This document shows positions 28,779-36,746 of a stretch of 64,000 bases of DNA, one piece after another; within the stretch, counting starts at the first letter, position 1, and every line of letters starts with the position of its first letter. The position numbers were made by a program, and so were the translations under genes. The DNA is taken from the sequence record ON529858.1. One strand, written 5' to 3'. Under the pieces are notes generated by a model. It ran no database searches. It was not told the DNA's origin and saw only the letters and a list, made by a program, of their open reading frames with translations.

Positions 28779-28895
28779 ATGAAACCGACCCGCAACCCCG
28801 CCGCGAAGGCCCTGGCCTCCGCCGCCTACCGTCAACAGGTCGTCAAGCCCCGCAAGGGTCGCGGCGCCTACTCTCGAAAGGGAAACCGCCCATGA
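28779..28895 (+). CDS. ArfA-like 38-aa peptide (not in ORF track)
   Basis: MKPTRNPAAKALASAAYRQQVVKPRKGRGAYSRKGNRP; own promoter, AAGGAG RBS, ATGA overlap with next gene. Confidence 0.75.
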   Translation: MKPTRNPAAKALASAAYRQQVVKPRKGRGAYSRKGNRP

Positions 28896-29374
28896 CCGCC
28901 CTCGACACTGTCAACACCTCGTTTTTCTTCGTCGTCCTGCGCGACGCCCAGGGCGTCCACCTCGCCACCGAAACCGTCTGGTGCCCGCCCGGCTCGAAAC
29001 CCGCCGACATCATCGGCGACGCCTGCTCTTTCTTCCAAGTGGACGAAAACGGCGCCTATGACGACGACGTGATCGCCGCCGGTGTCATCGACCTGTTCGG
29101 CCCCTTCGATCAAGGTTCGGCCCTGACCGTCAAGGTCGCCCGCCCGGACGGCGACGACTTCGCCGACTTCCAGATCGTCCCCGAGACCACCGCCGAACCT
29201 TTCGACTATATGGGCCAGATCATGGCCTATGAGGCGGGCGAACTGGACGACGACGACGTCGACACCCTGTTCCAATATCTGGTCGACACCGGCCTCGCCT
29301 GGAGCCTGCAAGGCGCCTATGGGCGCACCGCCCAGGCCCTGGCCGCCGCCGGTCGAATCACCCTCCCCGAGTAA
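28892..29374 (+). CDS. early hypothetical protein (two-domain)
   Basis: ATG 28892; C-terminal IMAYEAGEL...FQYLVDTGLAWSLQGAYGR domain common in phages. Confidence 0.7.
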   Translation: MTALDTVNTSFFFVVLRDAQGVHLATETVWCPPGSKPADIIGDACSFFQVDENGAYDDDVIAAGVIDLFGPFDQGSALTVKVARPDGDDFADFQIVPETTAEPFDYMGQIMAYEAGELDDDDVDTLFQYLVDTGLAWSLQGAYGRTAQALAAAGRITLPE

Positions 29375-29435
29375 CGAACCGTTAAGACCTCCCCCGTATA
29401 AGGGGGAGGTCACCCACCGAGAAGGAACCCAGATC

Positions 29436-30152
29436 ATGGCCGCTGGAGCCACAAAAGAACAGATTGCCCGCGCCACCCGCACGGCGCTGCAAAAGATCGC
29501 CAAGGCGTCCGGCGGGACCTATACCGCCGCGACCACAAAGACCCGCGCTTTCGCCAGCGGGACCACGAACGACGGCCTGCGCTGGATCGCCAACGTCGGG
29601 AGCGGCAACGCCTCGAACGGTCAAACCTTCCTGAGCCTGAACATTTCCGTCAACGGATCGTTTGGCGAAGCCATCACCCGCACCGGCTATTTTGAAGGCG
29701 ACGTGACCGTCGCGGGCGTCTGCCTGTTGTTCCGCCTGATCAACGGCTATCCCCTCGAACTGGACGGCTCGCCCGGCGACTTCCGCCTGCTGCTGGCGGC
29801 GCCCGGCGTCTCGAACTGGTTCGCCGACCGCTACGCCCTGACCTTCCGGGGCGACGGTTTCGACGTGCTGGACAAGGCCCGCAAAATGGTTCGGACCTTC
29901 ACCGCCGCCGAGGCCGATCAAGAGGCCCGCCGCCTCGCCCTGGCCTTCCGTTCGGACCTGCGCGCCGAGACGATGCCGACCCACTATGACGCGGAAACCT
30001 ACGCCCGCGTCCGGGCTTCTGAGGCCGCCTTGTCGCAACGTCGCGGCGCCGGGCTGGACGCATGGGGCGACGACCGCCTCGCCGTCTATCCCGACGGCTG
30101 GACCGGCGCCCTGACCGACTGGAGGCTGGCCCATGGCCCCCGTGAGAACTGA
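29436..30152 (+). CDS. early hypothetical protein
   Basis: AAGGA RBS, ATG 29436. Confidence 0.7.
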   Translation: MAAGATKEQIARATRTALQKIAKASGGTYTAATTKTRAFASGTTNDGLRWIANVGSGNASNGQTFLSLNISVNGSFGEAITRTGYFEGDVTVAGVCLLFRLINGYPLELDGSPGDFRLLLAAPGVSNWFADRYALTFRGDGFDVLDKARKMVRTFTAAEADQEARRLALAFRSDLRAETMPTHYDAETYARVRASEAALSQRRGAGLDAWGDDRLAVYPDGWTGALTDWRLAHGPREN

Positions 30153-30309
30153 CGGCCTCGTGCCGCTGGAGGTCTGCGCCTCCGCCCTCGAACTCGCCAA
30201 GCGCGATGTCGAGGCGCGGCTGGCGCGTGACCCGAACGCCCACGACGCCGACGTCCTGCGCAGCCAGCGCGACACCTACGCCCGCGCCCTGAGCGTGGCC
30301 TATTCCTGA
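30133..30309 (+). CDS. early hypothetical protein, 58 aa (not in ORF track)
   Basis: GGAGG RBS; MAPVRTDGLVPLEVC... Confidence 0.5.
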   Translation: MAPVRTDGLVPLEVCASALELAKRDVEARLARDPNAHDADVLRSQRDTYARALSVAYS

Positions 30310-30398
30310 AAAAATCTCGACTGCCGGCGCTGCGGTAACTTCTCGTTAAGACCTCTCCCGTATGGTCTCAATATCAACCCCGCCAAGGAGACCACCGA

Positions 30399-30839
30399 AT
30401 GCCCCGCATCACTCAAGCCGCCGCCTTCGTCGCCGCCCACCTGCCCGCGCTGCTGGGCTATGTCGAGGCCGACAAGACCGCCACCCCGCACAAGCCCGGC
30501 CCGGCCTTCACGGGGTCGAGCAACTGCCAAGCCAATATCGAGCGCGACTATGCCCGCCGCAACGGCGGCCATTGGTTCGACAAAGAGACCTTCCGGTTTT
30601 TCCGGACCACCATCACGGCCGGTTTCTGGGACGTGCCCGAGGCGGGCGTCACCCTCTTTGTGACCGGCGAGCGCGACACCTGCCAGCCGGGCCGGAGCCG
30701 GGCCTATACGGTGCGCGCCTACTTCTGGAACGGCGCCGACATCGAAACGATTGGCCCGTTCAACGAAACGAGCCAGCGCGTGGCGGAGCAAGCCGTGCCC
30801 CTCTTCGTCGCCGCCCTGAAAGAAAGGGCGGCGGCGTGA
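30399..30839 (+). CDS. early hypothetical protein
   Basis: AAGGAG RBS; GHWFDKETFRFF motif typical of phage hypotheticals. Confidence 0.75.
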   Translation: MPRITQAAAFVAAHLPALLGYVEADKTATPHKPGPAFTGSSNCQANIERDYARRNGGHWFDKETFRFFRTTITAGFWDVPEAGVTLFVTGERDTCQPGRSRAYTVRAYFWNGADIETIGPFNETSQRVAEQAVPLFVAALKERAAA

Positions 30840-31051
30840 GCCGGGTCCTGGTCGGGACCGTCCGCGTCCTGGACGGTCAAACCGTCTGCGTCCGCCCTGA
30901 CGGCCGCGTGCATGAAGTCGGCGGCAAGGTCTCGACCTTCCCCGTTTTCGGCGGCCTGCGCCCCTATGATGAGGGCAAGCAGATTTGGCGCGTGGCGGGC
31001 GTGACCCAGATGGAAAACGACTCGCAGCGCGACCGCCGCCTGGGCCGCTAA
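30836..31051 (+). CDS. early hypothetical protein
   Basis: GTGA overlap; TAA stop inside junction. Confidence 0.6.
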   Translation: MSRVLVGTVRVLDGQTVCVRPDGRVHEVGGKVSTFPVFGGLRPYDEGKQIWRVAGVTQMENDSQRDRRLGR

Positions 31052-31113
31052 CCCTTCGTTAAGACCTCGCCTGTAGGGTGAGGTCATCAACCACCGGACA
31101 AGGAGTCCACGCC

Positions 31114-31581
31114 ATGACCACCAAACTGATCGAGGTTCGCGGCCCGACCGCTGAAGAGGCCGCCGCCCTAGGCGGCGACGTGGTCTTCGTCCGCCGCGAC
31201 CGCGCGGGCGTCGAGACCAAAATCCACGCCAGCGTGTCGCACGAGTCGTGGTCGCAATGGGGCGCCGACCGTGACCTGCTGGGCGAAAATCAAGAGGCCG
31301 TCGAAAGCTGGCGGCGCGGCCTGGACGACGTTCTAGGGCTGATCGACGAATCGGACTTCGCCGACGAACCCGAAGAGGCCGAGTCCGGCGATTGGGAAGT
31401 CGGCGACCGGGCCTATGTGGGCGCCGAGGGTGACCGGGGCGAGATCATCGAGATCATCACCACCGGCCTGCCCGACTCGGCGCGAGGCCGCGCCCGCGTC
31501 AAGATGCAACTCGACTATTGGCGCGTCGGCGAACTCTGGGAAGGCTCCATCGACGACATCGACACTCTGGACGACGAGTAA
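31114..31581 (+). CDS. early hypothetical acidic protein
   Basis: AAGGAG RBS; stop inside junction. Confidence 0.7.
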   Translation: MTTKLIEVRGPTAEEAAALGGDVVFVRRDRAGVETKIHASVSHESWSQWGADRDLLGENQEAVESWRRGLDDVLGLIDESDFADEPEEAESGDWEVGDRAYVGAEGDRGEIIEIITTGLPDSARGRARVKMQLDYWRVGELWEGSIDDIDTLDDE

Positions 31582-31642
31582 CGATTTGTTAAGACCTCGC
31601 CCCTAGGGTGAGGTCATCAACCCCGGACAAGGAGTCCCCCAG

Positions 31643-32308
31643 ATGACGACCACCCCGAACTTCTCCACCCCCTCGCTCGCCGTCGCATTCTTCGCCAGCG
31701 CGGGCGGCGCCGCCTTCCTGAAGGCCGTGCTGGACCTGCGCGCCGCGACCGTCGGCATCGACGACGAACCGGACATTTCGAACGCCCTTGTCATCGAGAT
31801 CGGCGCCGCCAAGAACGCGCTCGACGACGTCATCGGCCTGCTGGCCGAGGCGGGCGTGCAAATCGTCATCGCCGCCCCCGGCGTCTATGACAACGTGCCG
31901 CAATCCATTCTCGACGCGGTTTTCAACCCGCCGAAGGAACTGGCCGCCGCTGTCGCCGACATCAACGCCGGGGCCGCCCTCAAGACCACGCTGGAGCCGG
32001 GCGACATCGGATTCGCCCAGGCGTCCGGCTACGGCATCGGCCCGGCGAGCGAGACCGGCGACGGCCGCGAAGGGTTCTGTTTCTTCGCCCCTGACGGCCG
32101 CCGCTCCGCCGCCTTCACCCTGCAACTGACGGCATGGCTTGCGGCCGTGCGCGAGGTCGAGGGCCTGCCCTACGCCGTCGGCGAGCACGGCCTGCCGCCG
32201 CTCGCCCGCTTCGCCACCGAGGCCGAGGGCGCCGCCTATATCGACACGCTGGACCCCGTCAAGCGAGAGGCTGGCGGCTACTATCTGGACGGCCCGGCGG
32301 ATGACTAA
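31643..32308 (+). CDS. early hypothetical protein
   Basis: AAGGAG RBS. Confidence 0.7.
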   Translation: MTTTPNFSTPSLAVAFFASAGGAAFLKAVLDLRAATVGIDDEPDISNALVIEIGAAKNALDDVIGLLAEAGVQIVIAAPGVYDNVPQSILDAVFNPPKELAAAVADINAGAALKTTLEPGDIGFAQASGYGIGPASETGDGREGFCFFAPDGRRSAAFTLQLTAWLAAVREVEGLPYAVGEHGLPPLARFATEAEGAAYIDTLDPVKREAGGYYLDGPADD

Positions 32309-32516
32309 GCCCCGCCGCTCCCCCAAGCGCCGCCTCGCCACCTACACGGCGAGGAACGCCCCGCCGCGAGGCAACGCCCGGTCCTATCTTCTGGACTGCC
32401 TGCGCCTCGCCGCTGACTACCGCCGCCGAGGCGTTCCGGCCGTCGCCCGCCTTGTCCTGGCGAATGTCCGCGCCGACCGCCTCGCCCAGCCCGGCCGTCT
32501 CTCGCTCCCCGGCTAA
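32301..32516 (+). CDS. early hypothetical Arg-rich protein
   Basis: ATG 32301 overlapping previous stop. Confidence 0.5.
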   Translation: MTKPRRSPKRRLATYTARNAPPRGNARSYLLDCLRLAADYRRRGVPAVARLVLANVRADRLAQPGRLSLPG

Positions 32517-32712
32517 GTCACGATTCCACCCACCTATGACATCTAGCCTTGTATTCCCCGGAACAAACAAGCATAGATGTCATTATTCCCCGGCGAGATG
32601 ACTCGTCTCATGACACAGGAGGCCTAGCACATTCATTTAGTTGAGGGTTTTATCAAGGGTTCCGCCCTGATCGCTGCACTCGTTTTTCTCATGCTTTTCT
32701 TCTAGCGCGAGA

Positions 32713-32834
32713 GGGACCCACGAAAATCTAGGCAAGGGACCCGTCGGATTCGTCCGGCGGGTCCCTTCGCATTTCAGGGCAGGGACCCGCGAGATTTAAG
32801 GGCAGGGACCCGCGCGTTTTCATGGCCGGGACCC
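32713..32834. repeat. second array of six GGGWCCC boxes at exact 23-bp period
   Basis: Boxes at 32713, 32736, 32759 (GGGTCCC), 32782, 32805, 32828. Confidence 0.92.
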
Positions 32835-33013
32835 TAGGGAATCCTCCCCAGGATTGGAGGCCGTTTTCCGGCCCGCTGAGCGCCTTGCCGCACCTTCCGG
32901 ACCCAGGGCCTGGACCGACCCAGGCCCAGGCCCTGGCGGGCCTCCCAGGCGTTTACGATTTGGTAAGACCTGCCCGCTAGGATCACGTCATCAACCGCAC
33001 AAGGAATCCCCCC

Positions 33014-33631
33014 ATGACCTTCCCCGTCTACACCGCGACCGCCGCCTCTGTCGGCGCCGCCCATATCCTGCGCGACGGTCAAGCCGTGCTCTACGTCAAG
33101 ACGATGCGCGACCCGTCCGACTCGACCCGGCCCCTGCTGTCGGATGACGCCCTAGGCGACTTGGTCGAGGCGACGGCCGAGCGCCTGACCGGCGCCACCC
33201 TGGACCGCGCCGACGCCGTCCTGCTGGCGCGCGTGCTCGACCCGGCATTCGCCACCACCGACGCCGACCTCGCCCAGGTCCGGGCCGCGCTGAACTTCGC
33301 CCTGCAAGACGCCCCAGGCGAGAAGCAGGCCGCCCGGCGGCGGCTGGCCGAGATCACCCCCGAGCAGCGCGCCCGGATCGACCGGGACGTCGCCCAGGCC
33401 CAGGGCGTCGCCACCTATCAGGGCTACGCCTGCCTCGCCTATGTGGACCGGATCGGCGGCGTGGTCATCAAGGACTCGACCGACGGGCGCGACGCCTACG
33501 TCCAACCCGGCGACGACGCCGCCGCCCTGCGGGCTGAACTGGAGGCGGCCGAGGGCGTGCCCGAGCCGACCACCTCCGCCGCCCTAGGCCCGCACGACCT
33601 GATCGAGAACATCCTGCGAGAATACTTCTAG
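33014..33631 (+). CDS. early hypothetical protein
   Basis: AAGGA RBS, junction promoter at 32952. Confidence 0.7.
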   Translation: MTFPVYTATAASVGAAHILRDGQAVLYVKTMRDPSDSTRPLLSDDALGDLVEATAERLTGATLDRADAVLLARVLDPAFATTDADLAQVRAALNFALQDAPGEKQAARRRLAEITPEQRARIDRDVAQAQGVATYQGYACLAYVDRIGGVVIKDSTDGRDAYVQPGDDAAALRAELEAAEGVPEPTTSAALGPHDLIENILREYF

Positions 33632-33688
33632 GCCGTTCACACTTCGTTAGCACCTCCCGGCTATGGTCGGGAGGTCGAACGGAAAAGC

Positions 33689-33830
33689 GCTTTGATCGCC
33701 CAGGGATTTGATCGCCGAGCGATTTGATCGCCCAGGGATTTGATCGCCGAGCGATTTAACCAGCGGGCGATTTAACCAGGGAGCGATTCAACAACCGCCC
33801 GTTTCATTTTGACCGGGAGCCGATTTGATC
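33689..33830. repeat. second 16-bp-period array
   Basis: Cores at 33691, 33707, 33723, 33739, 33755, 33771, 33787, 33808, 33824. Confidence 0.85.
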
Positions 33831-33835
33831 CTGGT

Positions 33836-33970
33836 TAGTTAACGGCGTGTTAACGAACATGAACGCGATATAGTTAACGAACATTAACCATGATGTGGTT
33901 AACGCAGCATTAACCTTCACGCCGTTAAGGTTAACGGCGCGTTAATGATGAACGAATATGGTTAACGCGA
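33836..33970. repeat. second dense TTAAC cluster
   Basis: Shares TTAACCTTCACGCYGTTAAGGTTAA with 23963 (copy at 33910). Confidence 0.75.
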
Positions 33971-34143
33971 TAGCCGTCCCCCGCCGTTGTGCCCCTTAAG
34001 TTCGAAGAGCCCGGCCTAGTCTCAAGAGTAGCACGCCGAATCCTAACAAGTCACTAACAAAATCAAGAAAAGTTCTTTTCGGGCGTTAATCTCTTCTTAA
34101 GGACTCGGGCCTAGATTGGCCTAGTCAACAACGGAGCAACCCA

Positions 34144-34467
34144 ATGACAACCCGCACCGCCGCCCAGACCGCCGCCCTCGCCGACATGGTCGCGAAGTTC
34201 GAAGGCATCGCCCAGACGCTGGAGTCCGCCGCCCTGACCGCTACCGGTTACATTCTGGCTTGGCCGACCGGCCTAGGCATCCGCTGGGTCGATGGCTCGC
34301 CCGTCGTCTGCGGAGTGCTACACGCCGACCCGATCACCGACTCGGCCCAGACGTTCACGATCCAGAACGGCGCCGGTGAAGTCGCCCGGCTCTTCACCCG
34401 CAAGGAAGCGCTAGAGGGCGCCGCCGCCTCCGCCCGCGAGTCGCTCGCATTCATGAAGGCCGCCTAG
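34144..34467 (+). CDS. early hypothetical protein
   Basis: GGAG RBS; perfect TTAA-N7-TTAA at 34086. Confidence 0.7.
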   Translation: MTTRTAAQTAALADMVAKFEGIAQTLESAALTATGYILAWPTGLGIRWVDGSPVVCGVLHADPITDSAQTFTIQNGAGEVARLFTRKEALEGAAASARESLAFMKAA

Positions 34468-34535
34468 CAGGATCGGCGCCCGGCTCAGGCCGGGCGCCAG
34501 ACCCTGGCCCCATAGTTAACGAAATCGGCTTTTCT

Positions 34536-34642
34536 GTTAACCATGTTTGGTCACCATGAAGAAACATGGTTAACCGCGTTAACCATGTTTGGTCACTATG
34601 AACAAACATGGTTAACGCGATAGTCGATCCCTCCCTAAGACT
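34536..34642 (-). ncRNA. candidate small hairpin RNA (two tandem 39-bp palindromic units)
   Basis: Units 34536-34574 and 34578-34616 downstream of minus-strand promoter box 34660; no ORF. Confidence 0.4.
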
Positions 34643-34706
34643 ACTCTAATCTCAAAAAGTTAACAGGAGGTTAACGCCGGGAGAAAAATCTCCCGGCGCC
34701 GACCTG

Positions 34707-35015
34707 CTAGAGGCGGAGGCCGACCTTGGCGCCGGGCTTGCCTTGCGGCCGTTCGGCCTCCGCCGGTTCGATCCAGTGCGCGAGGCCGAACGCTTGCACG
34801 CTGAAAGGCTCGCGCTTGACGGACTCGGCGGAGGCGGCGCAAGTCGCGTCATCCAGAAGCGAATCGGCGTTCGCGTCGTCGTCCGGATAGAGGTCATTCC
34901 GCGTGGCGACCAAATCGGCGCAAAGGGTAAAAAACGCATCTTCAAAGGATGCGCAAACGACGGGCTCCGAGTCCGGGAGATAGCCGGGAGCGTTGAAGCC
35001 GACAAGGTAAGCCAT
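34707..35015 (-). CDS. early hypothetical protein
   Basis: MAYLVGFNAPGYLPDSEP; promoter box at 35084. Confidence 0.7.
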   Translation of the reverse strand: MAYLVGFNAPGYLPDSEPVVCASFEDAFFTLCADLVATRNDLYPDDDANADSLLDDATCAASAESVKREPFSVQAFGLAHWIEPAEAERPQGKPGAKVGLRL

Positions 35016-35094
35016 GGGGGCTGATCCTCAAGAGCGGGGCGCCGCCAATCGGCGCCCCTTGTGACCTGTATAGGGGCGAAGTCTTAACGAACCG

Positions 35095-35250
35095 TTAAAC
35101 CGGCTCGACCCGGATAATCAGGGCGCGATTGCCGAACGCGAGGCGCGCGGCCTCTTCGCCGCCTTCGCCGCGCCAGATGCAGGCATGGGGCGCGCCCTCT
35201 TCGCCCTGAACCCAAACGCGGAAGGCGGAAGCGGCGGAGGCGGTTTTCAT
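35095..35250 (-). CDS. early hypothetical protein, 51 aa
   Basis: ATG 35250; TAA stop forms the half-site of the minus-strand junction. Confidence 0.55.
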   Translation of the reverse strand: MKTASAASAFRVWVQGEEGAPHACIWRGEGGEEAARLAFGNRALIIRVEPV

Positions 35251-35409
35251 GGCGGTATTCCCTAGGCGGGAGAAGCCCCGCCCCCTGTATCTAGGCCTCC
35301 GCATTTTTCTTGTCAACACTTGCAAGCCAGTAACCTTTTGTTAAGACTTTGGCCCTAGGTTGAGATTGTTCAGACGGATTGGCCGCCGGGACAGTGAAGG
35401 AAAAACACC

Positions 35410-35838
35410 ATGCGCAACGCTTCGATCATTCTCCCCGCTCGCGACAATGACGGCGCCGACCTCTCGCCCTTGCACGCCATTCTGGCGGCTGAACTGTGCA
35501 ACACGTTCGGCGGCTTCACTGCCTCCGCCGTGACTGGCGCATGGCGCGACGACACGGACGGCCGCATCTATCAGGATGAGTCGACGGAATACCGCATCGC
35601 CGCCGACTGGAATCCCGCACAACGCGAGGCGCTGGAGTCCATCGCCGCTCGCTACTGTGCGGAGGCCCGTCAGGTGGTCATCTATGTTCAGCACGCGAAC
35701 GGCGCCGTTTCCTTTGTCCCGCCGGTGGAATACGCGGAAGCCGTCGAGACGGCGCCCCGCACGGGCGAGCCGGACCACAAGGGCGCCCGACGCAAACAGG
35801 CGGAGGCGTTCGGCGAACTCTTCGCCCGCGTCGCCTAG
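35410..35838 (+). CDS. early hypothetical protein
   Basis: AAGGA RBS; FGGFT....GAW motif. Confidence 0.7.
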   Translation: MRNASIILPARDNDGADLSPLHAILAAELCNTFGGFTASAVTGAWRDDTDGRIYQDESTEYRIAADWNPAQREALESIAARYCAEARQVVIYVQHANGAVSFVPPVEYAEAVETAPRTGEPDHKGARRKQAEAFGELFARVA

Positions 35839-35967
35839 GCCAAGCGAGAGAGGCGCCGCCCTAGGGCGGCGCCGATTCTTTTCTGGCCGTTAAGGGTTTG
35901 GTAACACCCTGGCCCTAAACAGGAAGGGCGGAGGCGATTGGCGCCCCGCCCTTTAGGACCTGAACCG

Positions 35968-36180
35968 ATGCAAGATCACTACGCAATCAACGTCGCAAAA
36001 GACAACGGCCGCAAGGCCTATGGCGGAGGCCGTAGCTACTCCCATTTTTTCCGGGCGGAGGTCCGCGACACTGTCCCGGCGAAGGAAGCCGCCGCTGCTA
36101 TCCGGGCGGCTTTCCCGGAACCGGAATACAAGGTTGACGTGACCTTGTGGCAAGGTCGCGGTTACTCTCAGGACTTCTAA
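35968..36180 (+). CDS. early hypothetical protein
   Basis: AGGA RBS, ATG 35968. Confidence 0.65.
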   Translation: MQDHYAINVAKDNGRKAYGGGRSYSHFFRAEVRDTVPAKEAAAAIRAAFPEPEYKVDVTLWQGRGYSQDF

Positions 36181-36257
36181 GGCGAAGGGCGCCCGGCAGA
36201 GCCGGGCGCCCACTGCCGGCCGTTAACGGTTTGTTAAGACTTTCCGGCTATCCTGAC

Positions 36258-36345
36258 AGTAGGGAGGGATCGACTACCGCGTTAACCATGTTTGTTCATG
36301 GTGACCAAACATGGTTAACAGCCTAGCCGATCCCTCCCTAAGACT
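36258..36345. ncRNA. candidate small hairpin RNA flanked by opposed promoters
   Basis: Outer stem AGGGAGGGATCG/CGATCCCTCCCT enclosing a 39-bp unit (36281-36319); promoter boxes at 36223 (+) and 36364 (-). Confidence 0.4.
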
Positions 36346-36473
36346 GACTATACCGGCAAGAGGTTAACAAAAGGTAAACGCAGAAAAGAAAGTCCGTTTA
36401 CCTTTTGTTAAGACTTCGCCCCTAGTGTGAGTTTGTCGAGGCAATCCCGCCTCCCCTGCTTAAGGCCTCTCAG

Positions 36474-36746
36474 ATGTCCCTCGCCGAATATATCGCCCGC
36501 GCAAACGCCGCCCTTATCAAGCGCCACGGAATCTGCTTCATCACGGACGAAAACACGTCTTGGCTTGGCGACTCGGGCGCCGACGAATCGGACCTCGCCC
36601 GCTATCAGGCGGACGGCGACACGCCGGAGCAAATCGCCGCGTTTTGGGGTGACAAATACGGACTCGACTCCGTGTTCGGCGACTTCGACTCCATGGCGTC
36701 GGACTATCTGGCGAAAGCCCTTTCCGCTCTTGAGGTGGCGGCATGA
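36474..36746 (+). CDS. early hypothetical acidic protein
   Basis: Junction promoter at 36397. Confidence 0.65.
   Translation: MSLAEYIARANAALIKRHGICFITDENTSWLGDSGADESDLARYQADGDTPEQIAAFWGDKYGLDSVFGDFDSMASDYLAKALSALEVAA

Noticed and set aside
33689-33830. Possible CRISPR array (also 34536-34616 and 25983-29411)
   Set aside because: Units are contiguous 16-bp or 39-bp tandem repeats without unique 30-40 bp spacers. The junction repeats are separated by whole genes. No cas genes seen.
22800-34000. Assembly duplication as the cause of the paired repeat blocks
   Set aside because: The two blocks share spacing and short motifs but not sequence identity, and the intervening genes differ.
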